A stretch of 64,000 nt of DNA from Tubulanus polymorphus. Taxonomy: Eukaryota > Animalia > Nemertea. The stretch is from contig NC_134036.1 of assembly GCF_964204645.1 (NCBI RefSeq), positions 7,416,163 to 7,480,162 on the forward strand, in the 5' to 3' direction. A model generated the notes under the pieces. The model saw only the letters and a list, made by a program, of their open reading frames with translations. It had not been told where the DNA came from and did not search any database. Both the position numbers and the translations under genes were made by a program. Shown one piece after another: positions 1-12,600 of this stretch. Positions within the stretch are counted from its first letter, which is position 1; every line of letters starts with the position of its first letter.

Positions 1-650
1 TGACCGGGCCTTGATCAGCGTTACGACCCGGCACCGGTCAGGGAGGGAGGGAGGGAGGCAGTAGGTCGGTAGTCCGTCCGTTCGTCAGTGTGCCGGCGGT
101 GGTTGTTCGAAATACGACTAAGTGCTGACCGGGACTTGATCAGCGTTACGACCCGGAGCAGTGAGGGAGGGAGGGAGGCAGTAGGTCGGTCGTCCGTCCG
201 TTCGCCAGTGTGCCGCTGGTGGTTGTTCGAAAAACAACTAAGTGCTGACCGGGCCTTGATCAGCGTTACGACCCGGAGCATTGAGGGAGGGGAGGAGGCA
301 GTAGGTCGGTCGTCCGTCCGTTTGTCAGTGTGCCGGCAGTGATGTTGTTCGAAAAACGACTAAGGCTGTCCGGGCCTTAATCAGCGTTACGACCCGGCGC
401 TGGTCAGGGAGGGAGGGAGGGAGGCAGTAGGTCGGTCGTCCATCCGTTCGTCAGTGTGCCGGCGGTGGTTGTTCGAAAAACGACTAAGTGCTGACCGGGC
501 CTTGATCAGCGTTACGACCCGGTGCAGTGAGGGAGGGAGGGAGGCAGTAGGTCGGTCGTCCGTCCGGTCGTCAGTGTGCCGGCGGTGGTTGTTCGAAAAA
601 CGACTAAGGGCTGACCGGGCCTTAATCAGCGTTACGACCCGGCGCAGTGA

Positions 651-665
651 GGGAGGGAGGGAGGG
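651..665 (+). other. Representative canonical G-quadruplex motif GGGAGGGAGGGAGGG (present in many 124-, 125- and 128-bp monomers)
   Basis: Matches G3N1G3N1G3N1G3 directly; the 120-bp type has only three G3 tracts plus GG. Confidence 0.8.
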
Positions 666-3600
666 AGGCAGTAGGTCGGTCGTCCATCCGTTCGTCAGTG
701 TGCCGGCGGTGGTTGTTCGAAAAACGACTAAGTGCTGACCGGGCCATGAACAGCGTTACGACCCGGCACCGGTCAGGGCGGGAGGGAGGGTGGCAGTAGG
801 TCGGTCGTCCGTCCGTTCGTCAGTGTGCCGGCGGTGGTTGTTCGAAAAACGACTAAGTGCTGACCGGGCCATGATCAGCGTCACGACCCGGTGCAGTGAG
901 GGAGGGAGGGAGGGAGGCAGTAGGTCCGTCGTCCGCCCGTTAGTCAGTGTGTCGGCGGTTGCTGTTCGAAAAACGACTAAGTGCTGACCGGGCCATGAAC
1001 AGCGTTACGACCCGGCACCGGTCAGGAAGGGAGGGAGGGTGGCAGTAGGTCGGTCGTCCGTTCCTTCGTCAGTGTGCCGGCGGTGGTAGTTCGAAAAACG
1101 ACTAAGTGCTGACCGGGCCTTGATCAGCGTTACGACCCGGTGCAGTGAGGGAGGGAGGGAGGCACTAGGACAGTCGTCCGCCCGTTAGTCAGTGTGTCGG
1201 CGGTTGTTGTTCGAAAAACGACTAAGTGCTGACCGGGCCATGAACAGCGTTACGACCCGGCACCGGTCAGGAAGGGAGGGAGGGTGGCAGTAGGTCGGTC
1301 GTCCGTTCGTTCGTCAGTGTGCCGGCGGTGGTAGTTCGAAAAAACGACTAAGTGCTGACCGGGCCTTGATCAGCGTTACGACCCGGTGCAGTGAGGGAGG
1401 GAGGGAGGAGGCAGTAGGTCGGTCGTCCGTCCGTTCGTCAGTGTGCCGGTGGTTGTTGTTCGAAAAACGACTAAGTGCTGACCGGGCCTTGATCAGCGTT
1501 ACGACCCGGTGCAGTGAGGGAGGGAGGGAGGGAGCCAGTAGGTCGGTCGTCCGTCCGTTCGCCAGTGTGCCGCTGGTGGTTGTTCGAAAAACGACTAAGT
1601 GCTGAGCGGGCCTTGATCAGCGTTACGACCCGGTGCAGTGAGGGAGGGAGGGAGGGAGGCAGTAGGTCGGTCGTCCATCCGTTCGTCAGTGTGCCGGCGG
1701 TGGTAGTTCGAAAAACGACTAAGTGCTGACCGGGCCTTGATCAGCGTTACGACCCGGTGCAGTGAGGGAGGGAGGGAGGCTGTAGGTCGGTCGTCCGTCC
1801 GTTCGCCAGTGTGCCGCTGGTGGTTGTTCGAAAAACGACTAAGTGCTGACCGGGCCTTGATCAGCGTTACGACCCGGAGCAGTGAGGGAGGGAGGGAGGC
1901 AGTAGGTCGGTCGTCCGTCCGTTCGCCAGTGTGCCGCTGGTGGTTGTTCGAAAACGACTAAGTGCTGACCGGGCCTTGATCAGCGTTACGACCCGGTGCA
2001 GTGAGGGAGGGAGGCAGTAGGTCGGTCATCCGTCCGTTCGTCAGTGTGCCGGCAGTGCTGGTTGTTTCGAAAAACGACTAAGTGCTGACCGGGCCTTGAT
2101 AAGCGTTACGGACCCGGAGCAGTGAGGGAGGGGAGGGAGGGAAGCAGTAGGTCGGTCGTCCATCCGTTCGTCAGTGTGCCGGCAGTGCTGGTTGTTCGAA
2201 AAAACGACTAAGTGCTGACCGGGCCTTGATAAGCGTTACGACCCGGAGCAGTGAGGGAGGGAGGGAGGGAAGCAGTAGGTCGGTCGTCCATCCGTTCGTC
2301 AGTGTGCCGGCGGTGGTTGTTCGAAAAAACGACTAAGTGCTGACCGGGCCTTGATCAGCGTTACGACCCGGTGCAGTGAGGGAGGGAGGGAGGAGGCAGT
2401 AGGTCCGTCGTCCGCCCGTTAGTCAGTGTGTCGGCGGTTGCTGTTCGAAAAACGACTAAGTGCTGACCGGGCCATGAACAGCGTTACGACCCGGCACCGG
2501 TCAAGAAGGGAGGGAGGGTGGCAGTAGGTCGGTCGTCCGTTCGTTCGTCAGTGTGCCGGCGGTGGTAGTTCGAAAAAACGACTAAGTGCTGACCGGGCCT
2601 TGATCAGCGTTACGACCCGATGCAGTGAGGGAGGGAGGGAGGGAGGCAGTAGGTCCGTCGTCCGCCCGTTAGTCAGTGTGTCGGCGGTTGCTGTTCGAAA
2701 AACGACTAAGTGCTGACCGGGCCATGAACAGCGTTTACGACCCGGTGCAGTGAGGGAGGGAGGGAGGCACTAGGACAGTCGTCCGCCCGTTAGTCAGTGT
2801 GTCGGCGGTTGTTGTTCGAAAAAACGACTAAGTGCTGACCGGGCCATGAACAGCGTTACGACCCGGCACCGGTCAGGAAGGGAGGGAGGGTGGCAGTAAT
2901 CGGTCGTCCGTTCGTTCGTCAGTGTGCCGGCGGTGGTAGTTCGAAAAACGACTAAGTGCTGACCGGGCCTTGATCAGCGTTACGACCCGGTGCAGTGAGG
3001 GAGGGAGGGAGGCACTAGGACAGTCGTCCGCCCGTTAGTCAGTGTGTCGGCGGTTGTTGTTCGAAAAACGACTAAGTGCTGACCGGCCTTGATCAGCGTT
3101 ACGACCCGGTGCAGTGAGGGAGGGAGGGAGGCAGTAGGTCGGTCGTCCGTCCGTTCGTCAGTGTGCCGGCGGTGGTTGTTCGAAAAACGACTAAGTGCTG
3201 ACCGGGCCTTGATCAGCGTTACGACCCGGTGCAGTGAGGGAGGGAGGGAGGGAGGCAGTAGGTCGGTCGTCCGTTCGTTCGTCAGTGTGCCGGCGGTTGT
3301 TGTTCGAAAAACGACTAAGTGCTGACCGGGCCTTGATCAGCGTTACGACCCGGTGCAGTGAGGGAGGGAGGGAGGGAGGCAGTAGGTCGGTCGTCCATCC
3401 GTTCGTCAGTGTGCCGGCGGTGGTTGTTCGAAAAAACGACTAAGTGCTGACCGGGCCATGATCAGCGTTACGACCCGGTGCAGTGAGGGAGGGAGGGAGG
3501 CACTAGGACAGTCGTCCGCCCGTTAGTCAGTGTGTCGGCGGTTGTTGTTCGAAAAACGACTAAGTGCTGACCGGGCCATGAACAGCGTTACGACCCGGCA

Positions 3601-6600
3601 CCGGTCAGGGAGGATGGGAGGGAGGCAGTAGGTCGGTCGTCCGTCCGTTCGTCATTGTGCCGGCGGTGGTTGTTCGAAAAACGACTAAGTGCTGAGCGGG
3701 CCTTGATCAGCGTTACGACCCGGTGCAGTGAGGGAGGGAGGGAGGCACTAGGACAGTCGTCCGCCCGTTAGTCAGTGTGTCGGCGGTTGTTTTTCGAAAA
3801 AACGACTAAGTGCTGACCGGGCCTTGATCAGCGTTACGACCCGGCACCGGTCAGGGAGGGAGGGAGGGAGGCAGTAGGTCGGTCGTCCGTCCGTTCGTCA
3901 GTGTGCCGCTGGTGGTTGTTCGAAAAAACGACTAAGTTCTGACCGGGCCTTGATCAGCGTTACGACCCGGAGCATTGAGGGAGGGAGGGAGGCAGTAGGT
4001 CGGTCGTCCGTCCGTTTGTCAGTGTGCCGGCAGTGATGGTTGTTCGAAAAAATGACTAAGGGCTGACCGGGCCTTGATCAGCGTTACGACCCGGCGCTGG
4101 TCAGGGCGGGAGGGAGGGAGGCAGTAGGTCGGTCGTCCATCCGTTCGTCAGTGTGCCGGCGGTGGTAGTTCGAAAAACGACTAAGTACTGACCGGGCCTA
4201 GATCAGCGTTACGACCCGGTGCAGTGAGGGAGGGAGGGAGGCAGTAGGTCGGTCGTCCGTCCGGTCGTCAGTGTGCCGGCGGTGGTTGTTCGAAAACGAC
4301 TAAGTGCTGACCGGGCCATGATCAGCGTTACGAACCCGGTGCAGTGAGGGAGGGAGGGAGGAACTAGGACAGTCGTCCGCCCGTTAGTCAGTGTGTCGGC
4401 GGTTGTTGTTCGAAAAACGACTAAGTGCTGACCGGGCCTTGATCAGCGTTACGACCCGGCGCAGTGAGGGAGGGAGGAGGGAGGCAGTAGGTCGGTCGTC
4501 CATCCGTTCGTCAGTGTGCCGGCGGTGGTTGTTCGAAAAACGACTAAGTGCTGACCGGGCCTTGATCAGCGTTACGACCCGGTGCAGTGAGGGAGGGAGG
4601 GAGGCAGTAGGTCGGTCGTCCATCCGTTCGTCAGTGTGCCGGCGGTGGTAGTTCGAAAAACGACTAAGTGCTGACCGGGCCTTGATCAGCGTTACGACCC
4701 GGTGCAGTGAGGGAGGGAGGGAGGGAGGCAGTAGGTCGGTCGTCCATCCGTTCGTCAGTGTGCCGGCGGTGGTTGTTCGAAAAACGACTAAGTGCTGACC
4801 GGGCCATGATCAGCGTTACGACCCGGTGCAGTGAGGGAGGGAGGGAGGCACTAGGACAGTCGTCCGCCCGTTAGTCAGTGTGTCGGCGGTTGTTGTTCGA
4901 AAAACGACTAAGTGCTGACCGGGCCATGAACAGCGTTACGACCCGGCACCGGTCAGGGAGGGAGGCAGTAGGTCGGTCGTCCGTCCGTTCGTCATTGTGC
5001 CGGCGGTGGTAGTTCGAAAAACGACTAAGTGCTGACCGGGCCTTGATCAGCGTTACGGCCCGGAGCATTGAGGGAGGGAGGGAGGCAGTAGGTCGGTCGT
5101 CCGTCCGTTTCTCAGTGTGCCGGCAGCGATGGTTGTTCGAAAAATGACTAAGGGCTGACCGGGCCTTGATCAGCGTTACGACCCGGAGCATTGAGGGAGG
5201 GAGGGAGGCAGTAGGTCGGTCGTCCATCCGTTCGTCAGTGTGCCGGCGGTGGTAGTTCGAAAAACGACTAAGTGCTGACCGGGCCTAGATCAGCGTTACG
5301 ACCCGGTGCAGTGAGGGAGGGAGGGAGGCAGTAGGTCGGTCGTCCGTCCGGTCGTCAGTGTGCCGGCGGTGGTTGTTCGAAAAACGACTAAGTGCTGACC
5401 GGGCCATGAACAGCGTTACGACCCGGCACCTGTCAGGAAGGGAGGGAGGGTGGCAGTAGGTCGGTCGTCCGTCCGTTCGTCAGTGTGCCGGCGGTGGTTG
5501 TTCGAAAAACGACTTAGTGCTGACCGGGCCTTGATCAGCGTTACGACCCGGAGCAGTGAGGGAGGGAGGGAGGCAGTAGGTCGGTCGTCCGTCCGTTCGC
5601 CAGTGAGCCGGCGGTGGTTGTTCGAAAAACGACTAAGTGCTGACTGGGCCTTGATCAGCGTTACGACCCGGAGCATTGAGGGAGGGAGGGAGGCAGTAGG
5701 TCGGTCGTCCGTCCGTTTGTCAGTGTGCCGGCAGTGATGGTTGTTCGAAAAAACGACTAAGGGCTGACCGGGCCATGAACAGCGTTTCGACCCGGCACCG
5801 GTCAGGAAGGGAGGGAGGGTGGCAGTAGGTCGGTCGTCCGTCCGTTCGTCAGTGTGCCGGCGGTGGTTGTTCGAAAAACGACTAAGTGCTGACCGGGCCT
5901 TGATCAGCGTTACGACCCGGTGCAGTGAGGGAGGGAGGGAGGCAGTAGGTCGGTCGTCCGTCCGTTCGTCAGTGTGCCGGCGGTGGTTGTTCGAAAAACG
6001 CCTAAGTGCTGACCGGATCTTGATCAGCGTTACGACCCGGTGCAGTGAGGGAGGGAGGGAGGGAGGCAGTAGGTCGGTCGTCCATCCGTTCGTCAGTGTG
6101 CCGGCGGTGGTTGTTCGAAAAACGACTAAGTGCTGACCGGGCCTTGAATCAGCGTTACGACCCGGTGCAGTGAGGGAGGGAGGGAGGGAGGCAGTAGGTC
6201 GGTCGTCCATCCGTTCGTCAGTGTGCCGGCGGTGGTAGTTCGAAAAACGACTAAGTGCTGACCGGGCCTTGATCAGCGTTACGACCCGGTGCAGTGAGTG
6301 AGGGAGGGAGGCAGTAGGTCGGTCGTCCATCCGTTCGTCAGTGTGCCGGCGGGGGTAGTTCGAAAAACGACTAAGTGCTGACCGGGCCTTGATCAGCGTT
6401 ACGACCCGGTGCAGTGAGGGAGGGAGGGAGGCAGTAGGTCGGTCGTCCGTCCGTCGTCAGTGTGCCGGCGGTGGTTGTTCGAAAAACGACTATGTGCTGA
6501 CCGGGCCTTGATCAGCGTTACGACCCGGTGCAGTTAGGGAGGGAGGGAGGGAGGCAGTAGGTCCGTCGTCCGCCCGTTAGTCAGTGTGTCGGCGGTTGTT

Positions 6601-9600
6601 GTTCGAAAAACGACTAAGTGCTGACCGGGCATGAACAGCGTTACGACCCGGCACCGGTCAGGAAGGGAGGGAGGGTGGCAGTAGGACGGTCGTCCGTTCG
6701 TTCGTCAGTGTGCCGGCGGTGGTAGTTCGAAAACGACAAAGTGCTGACCGGGCCTTGATCAGCGTTACGACCCGGTGCAGTGAGGGAGGGAGGGAGGGAG
6801 CAGTAGGTCGGTCGTCCATCCGTTCGTCAGTGTGCCGGCGGTGGTAGTTCGAAAAACGACTAAGTGCTGACCGGGCCTTGATCAGCGTTACGACCCGGTG
6901 CAGTGAGGGAGGGAGGGAGGCAGTAGGTCGGTCGTCCGTCCGTTCGTCAGTGTGCCGGCGGTGGTTGTTCGAAAAACGACTATGTGCTGACCGGGCCTTG
7001 ATCAGCGTTACGACCCGGTGCAGTTAGGGAGGGAGGGAGGGAGGAACTAGGACAGTCGTCCGCCCGTTAGTCAGTGTGTCGGCGGTTGTTGTTCGAAAAA
7101 CGACTAAGTGCTGACCGGGCCATGAACAGCGTTACGACCCGGCACCGGTCAGGAAGGGAGGGAGGGTGGCAGTAGGTCGGTCGTCCGTTGTTGGTCAGTG
7201 TGCCGGCGGTGGTAGTTCGAAAAACGACTAAGTGCTGACCGGGCCTTGATCAGCGTTTACGACCCGGTGCAGTGAGGCAGGGTGGGAGGCAGTAGGTCGG
7301 TCGTCCGTCCGTTCGTCAGTGTGCCGGCGGTGGTAGTTCGAAAAACGACTAAGTGCTGACCGGGCCATGAACAGCGTTACGACCCGGCACCGGTCAGGAA
7401 GGGAGGGAGGGTGGCAGTAGGTCGGTCGTCCATCCGTTCGTCAGTGTGCCGGCGGTGGTAGTTCGAAAAACGACTAAGTGCTGACCGGGCCTTGATCAGC
7501 GTTACGACCCGGTACAGTGAGGGAGGAGGGAGGCAGTAGGTCGGTCGTCCGTCCGTTCGTCAGTGTGCCGGCGGTGGTTGTTCGAAAAACGACTAAGTGC
7601 TGACCGGGTTATGATCAGCGTTACGACCCGGTGCAGTGAGGGAGGGAGGGGAGGGGAGGCAGTAGGTCGGTCGTCCATCCGTTCGTCAGTGTGCCGGCGA
7701 TGGTTGTTCGAAAACGACTAAGTGCTGACCGGGCCTTGATCAGCGTTACGACCCGGTGCAGTGAGGAGGGAGGGAGGAGGCAGTAGGTCGGTCGTCCATC
7801 CGTTCGTCAGTGTGCCGGCGGTGGTTGTTCGAAAAACGACTAAGTGCTGACCGGGCCATGATCAGCGTTACGACCCGGTGCAGTGAGGGAGGGAGGGAGG
7901 CACTAGGACAGTCGTCCGCCCGTTAGTCAGTGTGTCGGCGGTTGTTGTTCGAAAAACGACTAAGTGCTGACCGGGCCTTGATCAGCGTTACGAACCCGGT
8001 GCAGTGAGGGAGGGAGGGAGGCAGTAGGTCGGTCGTCCGTCCGTTCGTCAGTGTGCCGGCGGTGGTTGTTCGAAAAACGACTATGTGCTGACCGGGCCTT
8101 GATCAGCGTTACGACCCGGTGCAGTTAGGGAGGGAGGGAGGGAGGAACTAGGACAGTCGTCCGCCCGTTAGTCAGTGTGTCGGCGGTTGTTGTTCGAAAA
8201 AACGACTAAGTGCTGACCGGGCCATGAACAGCGTTACGACCCGGCACCGGTCAGGAAGGGAGGGAGGGTGGCAGTAGGTCGGTCGTCCGTTCGTTGGTCA
8301 GTGTGCCGGCGGTGGTAGTTCGAAAACGACTAAGTGCTGACCGGGGCCTTGATCAGCGTTACGACCCGGAGCAGTGAGGGAGGGAGGGAGGCAGTAGGTC
8401 GGTCGTCCGTCCGTTCGCCAGTGAGCCGGCGGTGGTTGTTCGAAAAACGACTAATTGCTGACCGGGCCTTGATCAGCGTTACGACCCGGAGCATTGAGGG
8501 AGGGAGGGAGGCAGTAGGTCGGTCGTCCGTCCGTTTGTCAGTGTGGCGGCAGTGATGGTTGTTCGAAAAACGACTAAGGGCTGACCGGGCCATGAACAGC
8601 GTTACGACCCGGCACCGGTCAGGAAGGGAGGGAGGGTGGCAGTAGGTCGGTCGTCCGTCCGTTCGTCAGTGTGCCGGCGGTGGTTGTTCGAAAAACGACT
8701 AAGTGCTGACCGGGCCTTGATCAGCGTTACGACCCGGTGCAGTGAGGGAGGGAGGGAGGCAGTAGGTCGGTCGTCCGTCCGTTCGTCAGTGTGCCGGCGG
8801 TGTTGTTCGAAAAACGACTAAGTGCTGACCGGGCCTTGATCAGCGTTACGACCCGGTGCAGTGAGGGAGGGAGGGAGGCAGTAGGTCGGTCGTCCGTCCG
8901 TTCGTCAGTGTGCCGGCGGGGGTAGTTCGAAAAACGACTAAGTGCTGACCGGGCCTTGATCAGCGTTACGACCCGGTGCAGTGAGGAGGGAGGGAGGCAG
9001 TAGGTCGGTCGTCCGTCCGTTCGTCAGTGTGCCGGCGGTGGTTGTTCGAAAAACGACTATGTGCTGACCGGGCCTTGATCAGCGTTACGACCCGGTGCAG
9101 TTAGGGAGGGAGGGGAGGGAGGCAGTAGGTCCGTCGTCCGCCCGTTAGTCAGTGTGTCGGCGGTTGTTGTTCGAAAAACGACTAAGTGCTGACCGGGCCA
9201 TGAACAGCGTTACGACCCGGCACCGGTCAGGAAGGGAGGGAGGGTGGCAGTAGGACGGTCGTCCGTTCGTTCGTCAGTGTGCCGGCGGTGGTAGTTCGAA
9301 AAACGACTAAGTGCTGACCGGGCCTTGATCAGCGTTACGACCCGGTGCAGTGAGGGAGGGAGGGAGGGAGGCAGTAGGTCGGTCGTCCATCCATTCGTCA
9401 GTGTGCCGGCGGTGGTAGTTCGAAAAACGACTAAGTGCTGACCGGGCCTTGATCAGCGTTACGACCCGGTGCAGTGAGGGAGGGAGGGAGGCAGTAGGTC
9501 GGTCGTCCGTCCGTTCGTCAGTGTGCCGGCGGTGGTTGTTCGAAAAACGACTATGTGCTGACCGGGCCTTGATCAGCGTTACGACCCGGTGCAGTTAGGG

Positions 9601-12600
9601 AGGGAGGGAGGGAGGAACTAGGACAGTCGTCGCCCGTTAGTCAGTGTGTCGGCGGTTGTTGTTCGAAAAACGACTAAGTGCTGACCGGGCCATGAACAGC
9701 GTTACGACCCGGCACCGGTCAGGAAGGAGGGAGGGTGGCAGTAGGTCGGTCGTCCGTTCGTTGGTCAGTGTGCCGGCGGTGGTAGTTGAAAAACGACTAA
9801 GTGCTGACCGGGCCTTGATCAGCGTTACGACCCGTTGCAGTGAGGCAGGGTGGGAGGCAGTAGGTCGGTCGTCCGTCCGTTCGTCAGTGTGCCGGCGGTG
9901 GTAGTTCGAAAAACGACTAAGTGCTGACCGGGCCATGAACAGCGTTACGACCCGGCACCGGTCAGGAAGGGAGGGAGGGTGGCAGTAGGTCGGTCGTCCA
10001 TCCGTTCGTCAGTGTGCGGCGGTGGTAGTTCGAAAAACGACTAAGTGCTGACCGGGCCTTGATCAGCGTTACGACCCGGTACAGTGAGGGAGGGAGGAGG
10101 CAGTAGGTCGGTCGTCCGTCCGTTCGTCAGTGTGCCGGCGGTGGTTGTTCGAAAACGACTAAGTGCTGACCGGGTTATGATCAGCGTTACGACCCGGTGC
10201 AGTGAGGGAGGGAGGGAGGGAGGCAGTAGGTCGGTCGTCCATCCGTTCGTCAGTGTGCCGGCGATGGTTGTTCGAAAAACGACTAAGTGCTGACCGGGCC
10301 TTGATCAGCGTTACGACCCGGTGCAGTGAGGGAGGGAGGGAGGCACTAGGACAGTCGTCCGCCCGTTAGTCAGTGTGCCGGCGGTGGTTGTTCGAAAAAC
10401 GACTAAGTGCTGACCGGGCCTTGATCAGCGTTACGACCCGGCACCGGTCAGGGAGGGAGGAGGGAGGCAGTAGGTCGGTCGTCCGTCCGTTCGTCACTGT
10501 GCCGGCGGTGGTAGTTTCGAAAAACGACTAAGTGCTGACCGGGCCTTGATCAGCGTTACGACCCGGAGCATTGAGGGAGGGAGGGAGGGAGGCAGTAGGT
10601 CGGTCGTCCGTCCGTTTGTCAGTGTGCCGGCAGTGATGGTTGTTCGAAAAAATGACTAAGGGCTGACCGGGCCTTGATCAGCGTTACGACCCGGCGCTGG
10701 TCAGGGCGGGAGGGAGGGAGGCAGTAGGTCGGTCGTCCATCCGTTCGTCAGTGTGCCGGCGGTGGTAGTTCGAAAAACGACTAAGTGCTGACCGGGCCAT
10801 GATCAGCGTTACGACCCGGTGCAGTGAGGGAGGGAGGGAGGCACTAGGACAGTCGTCCGCCCGTTAGTCAGTGTGTCGGCGGTTGTTGTTCGAAAAACGA
10901 CTAAGTGCTGACCGGGCCTTGATCAGCGTTACGACCCGGTGCAGTGAGGGAGGGAGGGAGGCAGTAGGTCGGTCGTCCGTCCGTTTGTCAGTGTGCCGGC
11001 AGTGATGGTTGTTCGAAAAACGACTAAGTGCTGACCGGGCCTTGATCAGCGTTACGACCCGGTGCAGTGAGGGAGGGAGGGAGGCAGTAGGTTGTTCGTC
11101 CGTCCGTTCGTCAGTGTGCCGGCGGTGGTTGTTCGAAAAATGACTAAGGGCTGACCGGGCCTTGATCAGCGTTACGACCCGGAGCATTGAGGGAGGGAGG
11201 GAGGCAGTAGGTCGGTCGTCCATCCGTTCGTCAGTGTGCCGGCGGTGGTAGTTCGAAAAACGACTAAGTGCTGACCGGGCCTAGATCAGCGTTACGACCC
11301 GGTGCAGTGAGGGAGGGAGGGAGGCAGTAGGTCGGTCGTCCGTCCGGTCGTCAGTGTGCCGGCGGTGGTTGTTCGAAAAACGACTAAGTGCTGACCGGGC
11401 CATGAACAGCGTTACGACCCGGCACCGGTCAGGAAGGGAGGGAGGGTGGCAGTAGGTCGGTCGTCCGTCCGTTCGTCAGTGTGCCGGCGGTGGTTGTTCG
11501 AAAAACGACTTAGTGCTGACCGGGCCTTGATCAGCGTTACGACCCGGAGCAGTGAGGGAGGGAGGGAGGCAGTAGGTCGGTCGTCCGTCCGTTCGCCAGT
11601 GAGCCGGCGGTGGTTGTTCGAAAAACGACTAAGTGCTGACTGGGCCTTGATCAGCGTTACGACCCGGAGCATTGAGGGAGGGAGGGAGGCAGTAGGTCGG
11701 TCGTCCGTCCGTTTGTCAGTGTGCCGGCAGTGATGGTTGTTCGAAAAACGACTAAGGGCTGACCGGGCCATGAACAGCGTTACGACCCGGCACCGGTCAG
11801 GAAGGGAGGGAGGGTGGCAGTAGGTCGGTCGTCCGTCCGTTCGTCAGTGTGCCGGCGGTGGTTGTTCGAAAAACGACTAAGTGCTGACCGGGCCTTGATC
11901 AGCGTTACGACCCGGTGCAGTGAGGGAGGGAGGGAGGCAGTAGGTCGGTCGTCCGTCCGTTCGTCAGTGTGCCGGCGGTGGTTGTTCGAAAAACGCCTAA
12001 GTGCTGACCGGATCTTGATCAGCGTTACGACCCGGTGCAGTGAGGGAGGGAGGGAGGGAGGCAGTAGGTCGGTCGTCCATCCGTTCGTCAGTGTGCCGGC
12101 GGTGGTTGTTCGAAAAACGACTAAGTGCTGACCGGGCCTTGATCAGCGTTACGACCCGGTGCAGTGAGGGAGGGAGGGAGGGAGGCAGTAGGTCGGTCGT
12201 CCATCCGTTCGTCAGTGTGCCGGCGGTGGTAGTTCGAAAAACGACTAAGTGCTGACCGGGCCTTGATCAGCGTTACGACCCGGTGCAGTGAGTGAGGGAG
12301 GGAGGCAGTAGGTCGGTCGTCCATCCGTTCGTCAGTGTGCCGGCGGGGGTAGTTCGAAAAACGACTAAGTGCTGACCGGGCCTTGATCAGCGTTACGACC
12401 CGGTGCAGTGAGGGAGGGAGGGAGGCAGTAGGTCGGTCGTCCGTCCGTTCGTCAGTGTGCCGGCGGTGGTTGTTCGAAAAACGACTATGTGCTGACCGGG
12501 CCTTGATCAGCGTTACGACCCGGTGCAGTTAGGGAGGGAGGGAGGGAGGCAGTAGGTCCGTCGTCCGCCCGTTAGTCAGTGTGTCGGCGGTTGTTGTTCG

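Noticed and set aside
5416-6330. Longest ORF (304 aa, - strand)
   Set aside because: It stays open only through private differences (extra A at ~5750, TTAC>TTTC at ~5787, TTGAATC at 6146) that are absent from the cleaner duplicate at ~11.4-12.3 kb, where it splits into short ORFs. The indels are likely sequencing errors.
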